Below, one piece after another: positions 12,580 to 26,104 of a DNA stretch of 64,000 nucleotides (the first letter of the stretch is position 1; each line of letters opens with the position of its first letter). The position numbers and the translations under genes are program-made. Below the pieces are notes generated by a model that was not told the origin of the DNA, did no database searches, and saw only the letters and a program-made list of their open reading frames with translations. Where the stretch lies: positions 287,308,001 to 287,372,000 of the forward strand of contig OZ024741.1 of assembly GCA_964016885.1 (NCBI GenBank), in the 5' to 3' direction. This DNA comes from Eledone cirrhosa. Taxonomy: Eukaryota.

Positions 12580-12945
12580 TTCTCATACAACTGTTTCGTA
12601 TCAGTTCGTTTTACATGCTAAAGTCATCAGTATACTCTATTTCTTACTTAGATTGATGTTGTGATTGTTTTAACTATTTACTATGTAGCTAATTCATTTG
12701 AGTATTGTTATTATTGTTCTGATTTAATGCCACTACTATATATAGAAGCCATGCTTGTGTATATGCTTCATTCTCGCATGCTCTGATGAATAAACTGGTT
12801 ATAACAAAGTATTGGTGATCGATTGACGCAAAAACAGGCGGGTAGCGATCTCTAGACCTACCAGTTCAGAGAAACAATTGTCAGCAATGTGAATAAAGCC
12901 CTTATTGTATAGCAAACCATGTCACTCTTCTTTCTTGATTTATTA
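12580..12945 (+). mobile_element. Family C Penelope-type terminal repeat
   Basis: Homologous to 24230-24600(-), 49320-49700(-) and 13140-13260(-). Ends at (TA)n. Confidence 0.75.
12776..12890 (+). ncRNA. Type I hammerhead with extended stem II, family C
   Basis: tgct-CTGATGA(12783)...aactgg[insert]ccagtt...GAAAC aatt GTC(12880-12882)-agca; AATAAA at 12892. Confidence 0.75.
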
Positions 12946-13780
12946 TATACGAGTATATATATATATATATATATATGGGGTAACAAGTTATCGTTATAGG
13001 TAATCCAGTAAGAGGTTGTGAGTACTCTGCGTCGTGGATAGTTTTAACGTATGGTTTTGTTTAACTCAACAAGATGTATCCATAGTTAGGCAGCTAGTTC
13101 GCGGTAATTCCTATGTAGGTTATACTTGGAGTAATAATAGTGAAAGAATGAAGAGTAACATGGTTGGCTGTACAACAAGGGGCTTTATTTCGGGTATTGA
13201 CAATTGTTTCATTGATCAGGTGAGTCTAGAGGCCGCTAATCGCTCGAAGTTGCGTCACTCGATCTGCACTCGCCGAGGTTGACTTTGCCTTTCATCCTTA
13301 CGGGGTCGATAAAATAAAGTACCAGTAATACACTGGGTAATTGCTGGCCTTGTGCCAAAAGTAGAAACAATTATTTACCTCTGATCAAATCCTCAGAATA
13401 CAAAGATAATTCACACAAGGCAAGATATATATAGAGAAATAGCGTATAATCAAAACAATAACATCAATAATAAAATATATATGATAAATAGGTAGAGAAG
13501 TTACAGATGTAAAAAGTAAAGGATAAGAAAAAAGATACAGTATCACGATACCACTAGTTTTTACTATGTTTAAGGTTAATCCGTAAAATATAACATCCGA
13601 ATCTACCTCAGACCACTCCTTCCTATCTCATAAAAGAAAGGACGTATTGGAAAATGTAATCTTACGTACAATATGTCAGAAAAATTAAAGCTGGAGTAAT
13701 TATGACTGGGCCGTCTTTCATCGTGTCTGCTCGATAAACTAAATCTACATTAAACACCAGTACAATTACAATGTTATAAA

Positions 13781-15910
13781 TTTTTTTTTTTTTACATTCT
13801 CAAGTATAAAATATAATTTAGAGATGTATCAGATGAAAGAATGGTATTTAACTAATGTATTGGAACGCGATGGGGCCCACCCACAGCCCCGGCGGACAGA
13901 ATGGAGAAGGCGTTTCCCCGGAGGACGGCAAGGGAGACGTGCTGGAAAAGCCACTCAAACTCGCGGGGATCACACCTGCGGCTGGCCAGCTCAGCGCCTA
14001 TAGTGGTGAGTAAGGAGGTAGCTCTGGGCCGAGGACACCAGAAGTCTCCACTGCCAGGGGAACGACCGCAAACCTGTCGGAGAGTGACCGGTATTTGAGA
14101 AATTTGGCCCCCTCAGCCCGACGTGCAGCAGAACCTGGGTCAGTCGCAGACTGCACCAGGTTGCGGCTGCAGAAAGTGTCGGTGCAAGTGGCATCCCAGA
14201 AGAGGGGTTTGCCACCGCGGAACGGGAAGATGGTCATGCCATCTGGCCTTTTGCCGTCCTCTCGATCCAGCCCCACCGGCTCGAGCTGGGAAGGGAAGCC
14301 TGCAGCGTCCAAGCCATGCTTAATGACCTCGTTGAGGGCAGCATGGCGTGGAATGCGGTCGGCACTGTGGCGACAGGAAAGCAGGTGGAGGCCGAAAGAG
14401 TCCACGGTGGAACCGCAGCGACATAGGTGTGGCTGGTAGATCCGGAGGCCGAGCCTCAGGGAAACACCGATTCGCAGTCTATGGTTGTCTAGCTGCGTGC
14501 CAGTGGAGAAGGAGGGCAGGGCATGGAGCCAGGCACCACTGTGGGGTTTGGAGGCCGCACGAAAACAAGCAAGGCTGTGCTGGTCGAGCCGGCGTGTGAG
14601 CCTGTCTGAGGCCAGGCTGCACTGGATGGCATCGCAAGTGCGTTGGGGGGGACTTGACATCAACAGGGGGCGAAGGAGGAGGGACGTCTACTAGGCTAAG
14701 TCCCAGCAGGTCCCACGTCTCACAGGCGGCCTCACGTTCTCTGAACACAGAGGGTTCTGTTGTGTTTTGAAGAACCCTGCTGACGAGGACGCGGCACGAG
14801 GTTGCCGACGAAAGATACGCCGGCAAAGCTAATGAGATCGGGGACCGGAGGCCAAGGCCGCCATACTGACCGGTAAAGTGGCCTGTTGCCACCCTATGTC
14901 GTCAAACTTGACTTTGCATATCCCCTCGGCTGCTGCTCGGATACAAGTATCGAGGTCAGCGAGGAGAGATGTCTGGGTGTAGCATGGAGCGCTGCGGAGT
15001 GTATAGAGGAGCTTCGGCATAGAGAAACAGTTCCTCAGCAGAAAGAGATCTGGGTGGCCGTCAATCAACCCAGTCGGCTCGTGAGAGTCTGGAGCTGTTG
15101 AGGCCTGGACCTGATGGTGGAGCGGATGGCCGGCGGGTGGATCGGTGACCCGAGGATGAGGACATCCTCTTTGAGGGTTACCTGAACCTGGCATAGAATG
15201 GACCGCACGTCCAAAACGGAGGCTGCAAAGCTCGCAGCATCGAGGCTGACGTTCACCACCTCCGACTTGGCCGAGTTGACCTGGAGGCCGATCCCGCCAG
15301 GGCAGGAATCACCGATTGAAGGTCATGGCAGACCGTTCGTACGGGTCCGCCCAACATAGCATCATCCAGATACCAAACGTTGAGAGGGGTCGTGATACTC
15401 CGGGCGATGTGGTTAATACCAAGAGCGAACAGGAGGGGTCCCAAAGGGTCGCCCTGTTGGACACCAGTAGTCGAGGGTATGACTATATCAGCAGCTAGGA
15501 GCATGCTCGGGGCTCCATATGACAGGTAGGCCAGCGAGTAGGCTTCGAGCAGATGATCCCGGCGTAAAGAGTTAAAGGCATTCCTCATGTCAAGCTGATT
15601 GCATGAGTGGCTCCCTCACAACCACCAGATACGCCGACACCCAGTTGCACCGGACTAAACTTCTCACTCAGTTCGTATGTGACGGACTTGCAGATCACCT
15701 TGGCAGCCAGCCTCCGGAAGACATTGCCCAAAGCAATGGGGCGTATGCCACCCTCTTTCTTCCTGAGAGCGGTGAGGCTGGCCGAAAAAAAGAGGCCTCG
15801 AGCGTAAGGGTCGAGGGCACCATGAATGAACCTATTGGTGAGCGCCACAATTGCACTCAGAAGGCGGCGCCCGGCCTCACCGGAGAGGGGGGATGTCAAC
15901 TCCTTGAGGT
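13781..15910 (-). mobile_element. CRE-clade non-LTR retrotransposon, 5'-truncated and frameshifted (RT + zinc knuckle + REL endonuclease)
   Basis: GGIRPIALGNVFRRL, NAFNSLRR, GVQQGDPLGPLLF, WYLDD, GGLGL, C-R-C...H-LLS-C, RHAALN, KRPDG. Poly(A) tail appears as the T-run at 13781-13793. GC-rich. Confidence 0.9.
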
Positions 15911-17429
15911 TATAAATGGTGAAGAATTATTCCTGACAAAAAAATAAGGCAGACCAAATTTTCTCGGCTTCAATGTCTTTCCTCATATGTCTGCTGGATG
16001 AAAGCCAACTTAAGGCGACAACAGCAGCAGATTAAAGAGCTGGTCATCAAAGATATCAAAAGACATTGACAGAGGTAAGTAAGAATGAAGAAAGATGGAA
16101 AAGAAAACTTTGCTCTGAAAAATCAATAAATTATTTCTCATTTATTAAAAGAAACGTAGATATTTTCGATATTTCTACGTCTCTTCTATTATAGAAACGA
16201 TGAAATAAGATGTATTTATACCGATCAAAAATTGATTTTATAGAAGTAGCAAGAATGTGTAAGAAAGGAATACCGAGTGAACAAAATAGCGAAGATATCA
16301 TTGTTAATCTTGAATTGGTAATTTGTTTTCAATGTGATGGATAGATGGATAGATGGATAGATGGATAGATGGATAGATGGATGAATGGATGAATGAGTAT
16401 GTGGCAAAAAAGAATTTCGTTTAACTTCATACGTTGTTTCGTTTGTAAAAGAACTGACAGAGATGGTAAAATTAACCTCATTATCTAACGGATATTTATC
16501 AAGCCAGGAACTTTGAAAAGTAAATATCGATTGAGATAGTCCTTTTAAATATTTTCGCACATAATAGCCTGAGATGTTGAGATGTAGGCAAATTGAAAAA
16601 TTGTATTGTATAGGTGTTTCCGAAAGATAGTAGCAATGTAAGTTGAATTGTTGCATCCGAGAAACAATTTCTGAAGAAAAAAAAATATTCCTAAACCTTC
16701 TGATACTTCAAGTTAGCTAACAGGTAGAAGCTCTGCAAGTTTCATGTTGATTACCCTAGTAGTTACTCATATATTTGACACATTCAAAATATATTATTGA
16801 AACGATGCTTCCAGGCGTGTCACTTCAGGTCTGTTACATATGTGAAACTCTTAAACATCACATTTCATTTTGTTTTTTCTCCTGTCGTTCTGATACCAGA
16901 GTAATATATGAAGATAACACCGCATATAAACTGGAGAAAGTTACTGGTTATTGCCAACTACGATACTTTCACCCTTCCCAGCAACGCCTGTATGATTTCT
17001 ATTAGAAAGGCAAAGGAGGATTCTGTGCAACGTCTCCTACCTCCATATTTGCTATAGAACCTTCTTCCCTGAAGGTTTATTTATCTCTCACATTCTTTTT
17101 ACTGTATATTAATGAATTGATCGCTGTCATTCTGAAAACAACACACACTCCTTTGGTGATGGTTTCATCGTAAGTTTTCACATTCCTCTTTAAGTTTCAA
17201 TTTAGTTGCACTCTTCATAAGCCATCTAAATAACACATGCCAAGCCTGCTCTGCTACAAGAACATAATTCAGTTTTAAAATGACCTTCAGCAATTCCAAT
17301 ACACAATCATAACACATACGAAAGTATTCACAAGATAAAAAAAACATACTGAGATTCTCGACCCACATAGCGATAAATCATCCACACAAAGAAAGAAATA
17401 TGCTTCTTTTTTTCCCTTCTGAGGCTCCA

Positions 17430-17515
17430 CGTCACCTTGGAGGATGCAGGGAGGCTGACATGAGACCGCCAGCGATGGGAGGCATTACTGGACCTGGTAC
17501 TCTACGCATGATGAC
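17430..17515 (+). mobile_element. Degenerate RTE-like ORF C-terminus
   Basis: Translates LEDAGRLT*DRQRWEALLDLVLYA*, matching the DRxxW terminal motif. Confidence 0.4.
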
Positions 17516-18219
17516 GTTTCTGAGATCGCTGACCTAGGGTGATCCCAGTCCCATCGAGCAAGAACAAAGAAGCAAATATACAAAATGAAAATTTTTAAAT
17601 CTATTTAAAGTGGAAAATTACTCAGGAAGATGTTTTCCTTTAATTAATTTAAAAATTTAGAATTATGCATTAAATTAGTGCAAAATAATATTATAACTAG
17701 AAAGTTAATAACAAGGCTTAGAAATGTATATGGTGGTACATTTTAACATGTGAAATAATCTATTAACTTTATGATTGACGAACAGATAAAACTCTTCAGT
17801 GTGCACACCTTATCTATACAACAGCGATATTTGGTGCTCTAAAATAATGAATTGCATGTTTTCTCCACTAATATCCACTTGATATACTTCTTTCGCTTTT
17901 CCAGGTCAATGTGAACCTTTATGTAGTCGTATAAGCCTACTAGAAACATATCACAGTATTATTCTGATTTCCCTGCAAAGTTGAGATGGTCACGTTTGAA
18001 ATGACTGATCTAGATTAAACACCACCAACAACAGCCATACTGATTTATCGCTTCCCCTATCCCGCACTAAATATCTCATATCATCATATCTTCTCAGTTC
18101 TACACTGTTTGATATCTCTACACATATTTTTTCTGCGGCCACCGACCCACAATCAACTGAATCAATCAATTTAGGGAGACATTAAAACATAATCACTTTC
18201 CTATTAATTAATTATTATT

Positions 18220-18895
18220 TCTAATTATTATTTCTGACACAAGGCTAAACATTTAGGGAAAGAGGAAAGCTGGTTATATCGACTCAAGTAATTAACTAGT
18301 ACTTTACTTCATCGACTCAAGAAGTATGAAAGGTAAAGTTGGTCTCGGTAAAATTTGAACTCAGAACGTAGAAAGTCGTAACTAAATACCACAAAGGATT
18401 TTGTCCGACACTCTACGGATTACTGTCAATCCACTGTTCTTGAATGTATATTACTAATAATGATTTCTACTTTAGGTACAAGGTCAGCAATTTGAAGAGG
18501 GTAGGAATCGATTAAATCGGCCCCAGTGCATTACTGGTACTTTATCTTATCGACCTCGTAAACTAACCTCGTCGGGATTTGAACACAGAACGTAAAGGGC
18601 CATGACTCTATGCTACAAAGCATATTGTCTCATGCTCTACCGATACTGCCAATCCACCGCCCTTTGTGTATTAATAATGCTGTCTTATATAGGCACAAGG
18701 CCAGCAATTTTGGGGAGGGAAAAGTTGATTAAATCAACACCAGTGTATTACTGGTACTTTATTTTATCCACCCCTTAAGGATGAAAGACAAAGTTAACCT
18801 CGGCGGGATTTGAACTCAGAACGTAAAGGCCCGTAACTCTATGCTGCAAAGCATGGCCTCCGTCCCTCTACCGATACTGCCAATCCACCGCCCTT
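18220..18895 (-). mobile_element. Three tandem tRNA-derived SINE copies
   Basis: About 18220-18440, 18460-18662 and 18685-18895, each with the core and reverse B-box ggatttgaac. Confidence 0.88.
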
Positions 18896-19904
18896 TATGT
18901 ATTAATAATAATGAAAAAGAAAACAGTTTCTCAGCTATTTCACAATTGAATGAATAAGTTATCTTGAACCATTTCATACTTTATATTCAATCTCCATAAA
19001 ACGCATCATTTCGTGGCTTAAAATAAAATGCTATTTAAGATGATTGTGCTATTTAATATCATTATGCAATAGCATATATAATCATTTTAGTGTTGGTTTT
19101 CTTTGATTCTTTTAAACTTTTTCAAATTTATTGCAGGCATCTGCAAGATAAAAGAATATATTATGTTTCTTGACACATACAACGACAATTCTTCATCACC
19201 ACAAAGAAAATAATTTACAAAATGAAAAAAGTTAGAACCCATTTAAAGGGGAAAATTAATTAGAGACATTTTCTCCTTTAAATAATTTAAAAAAATTAAG
19301 CATTAGGCATTAACTTAGGGCATAATATTTAATATTATAACTAGAAACCGTAAAGTAAACAAGTTTATGCAATGGCGCATTTTAACACGTGAAATAATCC
19401 GTTCACCTCAATATTTTTACTTTCGCAGTTTTTAACTGTCATTAATTACTTGCTAATTTGCAATTTGAAGCCATGTTTTCAAAAATTGAAATGCAATCTA
19501 ATGCACAGTTTTCAAAAATTGAAATTTCTTTTAAATTAATTGGCCGTTAAAAATATGTTTTAAGTGCAATTAATATCCAATAATCTTTGCTAAAATGACT
19601 TGCAGCAAAATAAGGAAAACAATTGACTGTTCTGCGCAAATGGATTTAATAAATATCGAAAAGTTTCTATTATGTAGAAAAGAAAACATCTCTCAACGAG
19701 ATGTTAGATCATGAAATAAACTGGTATATTACAGAGAAAAGATACTTTGGACACATGTTTTAAGCCTGTTGTCATACAAATATGGCGAATATATGGAGCC
19801 CGACACAATGGGTGGACTCTAAATACCAAGTAAAATTAAACACTCAGGCACACTCCTATAAACACACACTTATCTAACCGTTTCGACAGCTAGTTCTGAA
19901 CTCG

Positions 19905-19948
<44 letters not shown>

Positions 19949-19953
<5 letters not shown>

Positions 19954-20065
19954 AAAAAGTATGACCCCGACGGCAGAGCTCAAGCCGTTTCGACGGCTAT
20001 TTCTGGTCCAGAAATAGCCGTCGAAAGGGCTTGAGCTCTGCCGTCGGGGTCATACTTTTTCCTAT
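19949..20065. repeat. Near-perfect palindrome (58-bp arms) next to (TA)n
   Basis: aggaaaaagtatgaccccg...atttctgg t ccagaaat...cggggtcatactttttcct, with one mismatch. Confidence 0.92.
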
Positions 20066-20141
20066 TTCCCACTCTACTACCCAAAGTATTGAGTACTGTG
20101 GTGCGTTATGGTCCATTTGGTTCCTTAACACAATTCCTTTG

Positions 20142-20178
<37 letters not shown>

Positions 20179-20354
20179 AACCAGGCGATTTTAGAAGCAC
20201 TGGGGAAGACAGCCTAAAGCGACTAATTCCGCCTTCTCTTAAGATTTTTAGCCTGTAGCTATAAGAGTAAACAAAACTCCTTTGGTAAAATTTGAAATTT
20301 GAAATATGTGAATCCTAATGCAAATGACTATAACAAGCGTCGATCACTGTATAT

Positions 20355-20718
20355 CAGCGTTTCTCATGCTGTTTTCCCTTGTGGAACCCTTGAAATAGTT
20401 TTCATGTCTCAGTGAACCCCTGCATAAAGATTATCATATACCATTATGGCAGTATCGGTAGAGGGTCGGACGCCATCCTTTGCAGCAAAGAGTTACGGCC
20501 CTTTATGGTCTGAGTTCATATCCCATCGAGGTTAATTTTGCCTTTCATCCTTTACGGGGTCGATAAATAAAGTACCAGTAATGCACTGGGATAATTGCCA
20601 TCCTTGCGCCGAAAGTAGAAATAATGATTAATATATATCTCTTTTAGCTTATTTATCACTGATTCTCGTGTTTCCTGGAACCCCAAGTGTTCCAGGAAAC
20701 ACCGTTTGAGAAACACTG
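20355..20718. mobile_element. hAT/Charlie-like MITE interrupted by a SINE (about 20447-20625, +)
   Basis: TIRs CAGCGTTTCTCA / TGAGAAACACTG and internal GGAACCC motifs. The 8-bp TSD is not clean. Confidence 0.65.
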
Positions 20719-20994
20719 CGGATACATAATAGTTGACAAAACTGGCTACTGAACCCAATTTTCACAACTATTATCTTGTCTTCTATTGAATGATCTTCCG
20801 TTTAAAAACGGAAGCAAATTACGATTGAAGTAAGGTACTCAGAACTTCAGGTAAAGAGTGTAAATAATTTTATTTCATTTAAAAGTGACGCTCACCAGAC
20901 TAGTTCTATTTTATTCGGTGATGAAATCATGAGAAAGTCAGCTTTCTCACGATTTCATTCATTATGTTTCTTTAACATAGTTCTCAGGGAGATT

Positions 20995-21510
20995 CATAAT
21001 AATTGTTTTTACTTTTGGCACAAGGCCAGCAATTATCTCAGTGCATTACTGGTACTTTATTTTATCGACCTCGTAAGGATGAAAGGCAAAGTTAACCTCG
21101 ACAGGATTTGAACTCAGACCATAAAGAGGCGTAACTCTATGCTGGAAGGCATAGCGTCCGACATTCATAATAATTGTTTCTACTTTTGACACAAGGCCAG
21201 CAATTATCCAGTGTATTACTGGTACTTTATTTTATCGACCCCGTAAGGATGAAAGGCAAAGTTAACCTCGGCGGGATTTGAACTCATATCGTAAAGGAAC
21301 GTAACTACGCTGGAAAGCATGTCTGACCCTCTACCAATACTGCCACAGTGTGAGTAGGTTTACCTTTTGAATTACAGGTACAACTCATTTTGGCCAGCTA
21401 AGTGGACTGGAGCAATGTGCTATAAAGTGTATTACTCAAAACAGGCTGTTGGAAATTGAACTAAACACTTTTCGATCGCGAGCCGAATACATTAACCCCT
21501 GGACCACCCT
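20995..21510 (-). mobile_element. SINE cluster: two main-family copies plus a second tRNA-derived SINE family (about 21345-21510)
   Basis: Main-family core repeated twice. The second family has tggagcaatgtgctataaagtgtattactcaa...ggaaattgaact. Confidence 0.75.
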
Positions 21511-21800
21511 AAACTTTAAGAATACATTAACCTCTGGACCACCCTAAACTTTCACACATGACCTTTACTGCATGACATTTTCAACAGAAACAGGAAATTA
21601 TCACAAAACTGTGCTACCATACAAAATATTTCGGAAATAACTAATAAAAGCAGAAAAGTTATTTGTAACAAGAAATTACATTGCTGCTGATGATGATGAT
21701 GTTTATGATTTGTGTTGATGATGGCGGGAACTCTGAAAAGGGGTAGTGGTGGTGATGGGATGAGTGACGGGGGTGATGACGATGGTAATGGTGGTGGTGG
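21075..21800 (+). repeat. ~720-bp direct segmental duplication, copy 1 (copy 2 at about 29683-30390)
   Basis: Near-identical SINEs, unique spacer and start of the (GGT)n tract. Confidence 0.9.
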
Positions 21801-22091
21801 TGGTGGTGGTGCTTGTGGTGCTTGTGGTGGTGGTGGTCGTCGTCGTCGTCGTCGTGCTTGTGGTTGTGGTGGTGATAGTGGTGGTTGTGGTTGTGGTGGT
21901 GCTAATCGTGATTCATGTCGTGATGGTGATGATGATGATGATGATGATGACGATGATGATAGTGATGATGATAATGATGATGATGATTGGTAATGAAAAA
22001 AATTACTAATCGCAAGAGAATAGCAATAGTACACGTAGAACACGGCTGATGGCGCTCCAGATATGTTTCAGTTACTGGAACTCTTTACGGA

Positions 22092-22127
<36 letters not shown>

Positions 22128-22130
<3 letters not shown>

Positions 22131-23042
22131 AATGGAAACTATATTTATAAAACCATATTTATTTCATTATACATATTTCAAGGACACCAAGTTAAATTAT
22201 GGTGTGCTTTCATCAGACAAAATATAATATAGATCAGTTTTATAAATAAATATTGACATACCCTTAAAAAATGCAACCATTACTGTTGGAAGCTCCCGGA
22301 TAGTGGAGTTGTTTACTTATATTATTATTAGTATTGGATATTTTTATTTTTAAAATCAGCCGTTGGGTTACAGAGAAAGAAAAAGAAGAGAGAGAAAAAG
22401 AGAGAAAGAGAGAAAAAGAGAGAAAAGAGAGAAAAACATCTAATCATATTTAAACAATGATTAATTTCTCATATTATATATGTATATTCCATTCATGATT
22501 TTTAACATTTCTAATTTTATTTATTCTTTTCATCTCAATTGTTAAGTTAACTCAACAAGATATGACTTTGAGTTTTCGTTCTCTCCCTTCTCTCTGTCTC
22601 TTCTCTCTCTCTAGATTTTTCTCTCTCTGTTGTTTTGGTCTGTCTCTCTTTTCTCTCTTTTTCTCTCTTTCTCTCTTTTTCTCTCTCTTCTTTTTCTTTC
22701 TCTGTAACCCAACGGCTGATTTTAAAAATAAAAATATCCAATACTAATAATAATATAAGTAAACAACTCCACTATCCGGGAGCTTCCAACAGTAATGGTT
22801 GCATTTTTTAAGGGTATGTCAATATTTATTTATAAAACTGATCTATATTATATTTTGTCTGATGAAAGCACACCATAATTTAACTTGGTGTTCTTGAAAT
22901 ATGTATAATGAAATAAATATGGTTTTATAAATATAGTTTCCATTTGTTAATATCGTATGTTTACTCCAAATACTTGTTAAGTGCTTTATATCAGTTATAA
23001 AAATATTTGCTTGTTGTATCCCAACAATTTAAATAGAACTTT

Positions 23043-23048
<6 letters not shown>
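22128..23048. mobile_element. Family B fold-back element with hammerheads at 22161-22223(-) and 22852-22914(+)
   Basis: About 310-bp inverted arms (22128-22436 / 22637-22946). CTGATGA-aagcacacca...tggtg-GAAA tatgta TA. (TA)n on both sides. Confidence 0.85.
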
Positions 23049-23134
<86 letters not shown>

Positions 23135-23815
23135 TTGCTTTCAGTCATCATAATAAAAAGTTCCTGGTGTATATATTGACAGTGGATTTTAAAAACAAAA
23201 ATATAATCTATATGAAAGTGAGGCTGGAAAAGGAAGAAGGAAAGGAAAAAGAATAAATATAAAAGTAGATAAACACACACACACACACATATACATACAC
23301 ACATACATATATATATATCTCTCTCTCTATATATATACATACAGACATATATACACATACATATATGTATATATATATATCCATACATACACATACACAT
23401 AAATACACCAACACACACATATATATATATATATATACACACATAATCATACATATATACACACGTACATACACACACATACATATATACACGCATACAT
23501 ACGCACACACATATATAGATATATGTACACACACCTACATACGCACACACACAATTAATTATAATAAAAAATAAAAAACAATAAACAACCATATAATGCA
23601 ATAGGCCGTCACATAAAAATAAAAAACATACGACTTAAGAAAATAACAATTATTATAAAGTTGACAGCGATACAGGAAAGGACACAAATAAATAAACAAA
23701 CACACGTGGTAGGCAATACACACATCTACACATACACATACATACATATAAATATATACATACACACACACATACACACACATATACATATATATATATT
23801 TAAATATATAGAGAT

Positions 23816-23904
<89 letters not shown>

Positions 23905-23908
<4 letters not shown>

Positions 23909-24181
23909 AAAGTTTTATTTAAATTGTTGGCATAAAATATAATATAGATTAGTTTTATAAATAAATATTGACATACCCTTAAAGAATGCAACCATTACTG
24001 TTGGAAGCTCCCGGGAGCTTCCAACAGTAATGGTTGCATTCTTTAAGGGTATGTCAATATTTATTTATAAAACTGATCTACATTATATTTTATCTGATGA
24101 AAGCACACCATAATTTAACTTGGTGTCGTTGAAATATGTATAATGAAATAAATATGGTTTTATAAATATAGTATCCATTTG

Positions 24182-24187
<6 letters not shown>
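23905..24187. mobile_element. Family B fold-back element with loopless palindromic centre and hammerhead 24087-24149(+)
   Basis: Centre ...ggaagctccc|gggagcttcc... at about 24012. (TA)n flanks. Confidence 0.85.
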
Positions 24188-24229
<42 letters not shown>

Positions 24230-24232
<3 letters not shown>

Positions 24233-24724
24233 CAGGAAAGAAGATTGACATGGTTTGCTATACAAAAAAGGTTTTTAATCTCATTGCTGACAATTGTTTC
24301 TCTGAACTGGTAAGTCTAGAGATCGCTATTCGCTTGTTTTCACGTTACTCGATCGCCAATACAAAATTATAACCAGTCAGTTCTTCGGAGCATGTGAGAA
24401 TGAAGAGAATATACAGGCATGAAAGGAATATACAGGCTACTATATGAAGTAGTAATGGCATTCAGTTAGAACAATAACAACAATTACAACTATGCTATTA
24501 ATAAATTATTTGAGGAGCCTGACATTACATTGTATCTAAGATTTCGGCGTAAAACTAGCTGACATGAAGCAGAAGTATAAGTTTGGCATGTACGGAGTGT
24601 CGTAGGGTGTATTGTATCAATTTTAAAGATAAGCCGGTGTTTACAGTCTTCAATAACATACATGAATGGGACAACACTGTCAAAGCTAAATAGTGGGCGA
24701 GTTAATACAGAGGTTAAGGAGGTA

Positions 24725-24814
<90 letters not shown>

Positions 24815-25660
24815 TTATTTATATACTCATATACACACACACATATATATACACACGCATGTGTACATAGACACATACATACACATCAATATACACTCGT
24901 ATAAAAATATACATACATGCAAAGAGATAAGCGTGCTGATTGTAATTATGGCAAAAGGAAGGTAAAGTTACATTGTAGTAGTGATTTGAGAAATTCTTGG
25001 ATTTAGGATCAAGTGATGGCAGCAGCTGAGAAGGAATAAGTTTATGGGTTGAAGAGGTACTTACAGACATTTGTGTGGTATAGACCTGTGAAGGCTAGAG
25101 TATACTTAATGAGTATATTTCTGTGGTGATTTATGCAGGGTAGTGGGTATCCTAGTTTAAAGCTATGTTGTGTTGGTTCGATTCACGGAGGTTTGAATCT
25201 TATGAATTTAGTGGCAATTCTATGTCTGCAGAAGATAGATCTTTCTAACTTATTGTTAAGTAGCCTTTTTACATTTTTGAGGATATACATTAGTTCTAGA
25301 TCACATAGCCCGCAGTGGGACATACCTGTACTATAGGTTTTAGCAGCCGACAACTTCGACCAGTTAATACTGTAGTTAGTGCTGCTGTCCTTCAGTTCCC
25401 ATATTTTTTTGGCGAGGGTTGTGGAACCCATAAGTGCACGGTTTTTCATTGAGTGCCTGTGCACATACCATCTTTTTTTAAAAGAACCCGTGGTGGATCC
25501 TATGTAATTCCAGGTGGAGTTATCCGAGTTGACCGTGCACATGTATACTAGGCTCGAATCAAGACATCTGTTCGCCAATGGGCACCTATCTGGTAGGTGA
25601 CAGTTACAGTTTGAGGCGCTATTTTGTGCAGCTTCCACACTCCTGTTTAGTACTCTGTTA
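24230..25660 (-). mobile_element. 5'-truncated Penelope-like element: GIY-YIG end plus family C terminal repeat
   Basis: ORF 25183-25638 followed downstream on the minus strand by a hammerhead-type repeat at 24285-24392 (core mutated to CCGAAGA). Confidence 0.7.
25183..25638 (-). pseudogene. Penelope-like GIY-YIG endonuclease domain fragment
   Basis: CNCHLPDRCPLANRC, SLVY...NYIGST, FKKRW, CGLCDLE, LLN, CRH. Confidence 0.9.
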
Positions 25661-25759
25661 TATGAAAACGCCTTGTTGAGTCAAACCAAGCCAAGCGTTG
25701 ATATCATCCACTACCTGGAATACCATAACTGGACTGCATATAACTATTATTGTTACCCC

Positions 25760-25798
<39 letters not shown>

Positions 25799-26104
25799 AA
25801 AATACATAAATATTATATATATATAAAAATAAAAAGGTGGAAGGGGTAAACAAATAGTTGGGAATACGACAAATAATAAATAAATAAATAAATAAATAAA
25901 TAGATAAAGGTGGGTATGTAAAGGGTAAGGTAGAAAGTAGGGGGGGGGGGATAAGGAAAATAAATAACATAGGAAAAAGTTTAAATAAAAGGGGAGATAA
26001 GGGAGAAAAAGAATATAAGGGTACAGAAAGTGAGTTCAGAGAATAATAAAAATCGTAGTGGGTGTAAGGCGTAAAGAGCACAGAAAAAGTTCAAGGTGGT
26101 TGAG

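Noticed and set aside
15915-17400. Possible host exons (GAG|GTAAGT at 16075; purine-rich minus-strand stretches)
   Set aside because: No sustained reading frame or recognisable domain; cannot be supported without RNA data.
21552-22043. Pro/Gly/Asp-rich ORFs (also 30309-30605)
   Set aside because: Derived from (GGT)n/(GAT)n tracts that differ freely between the duplicated copies; no splice or domain evidence.
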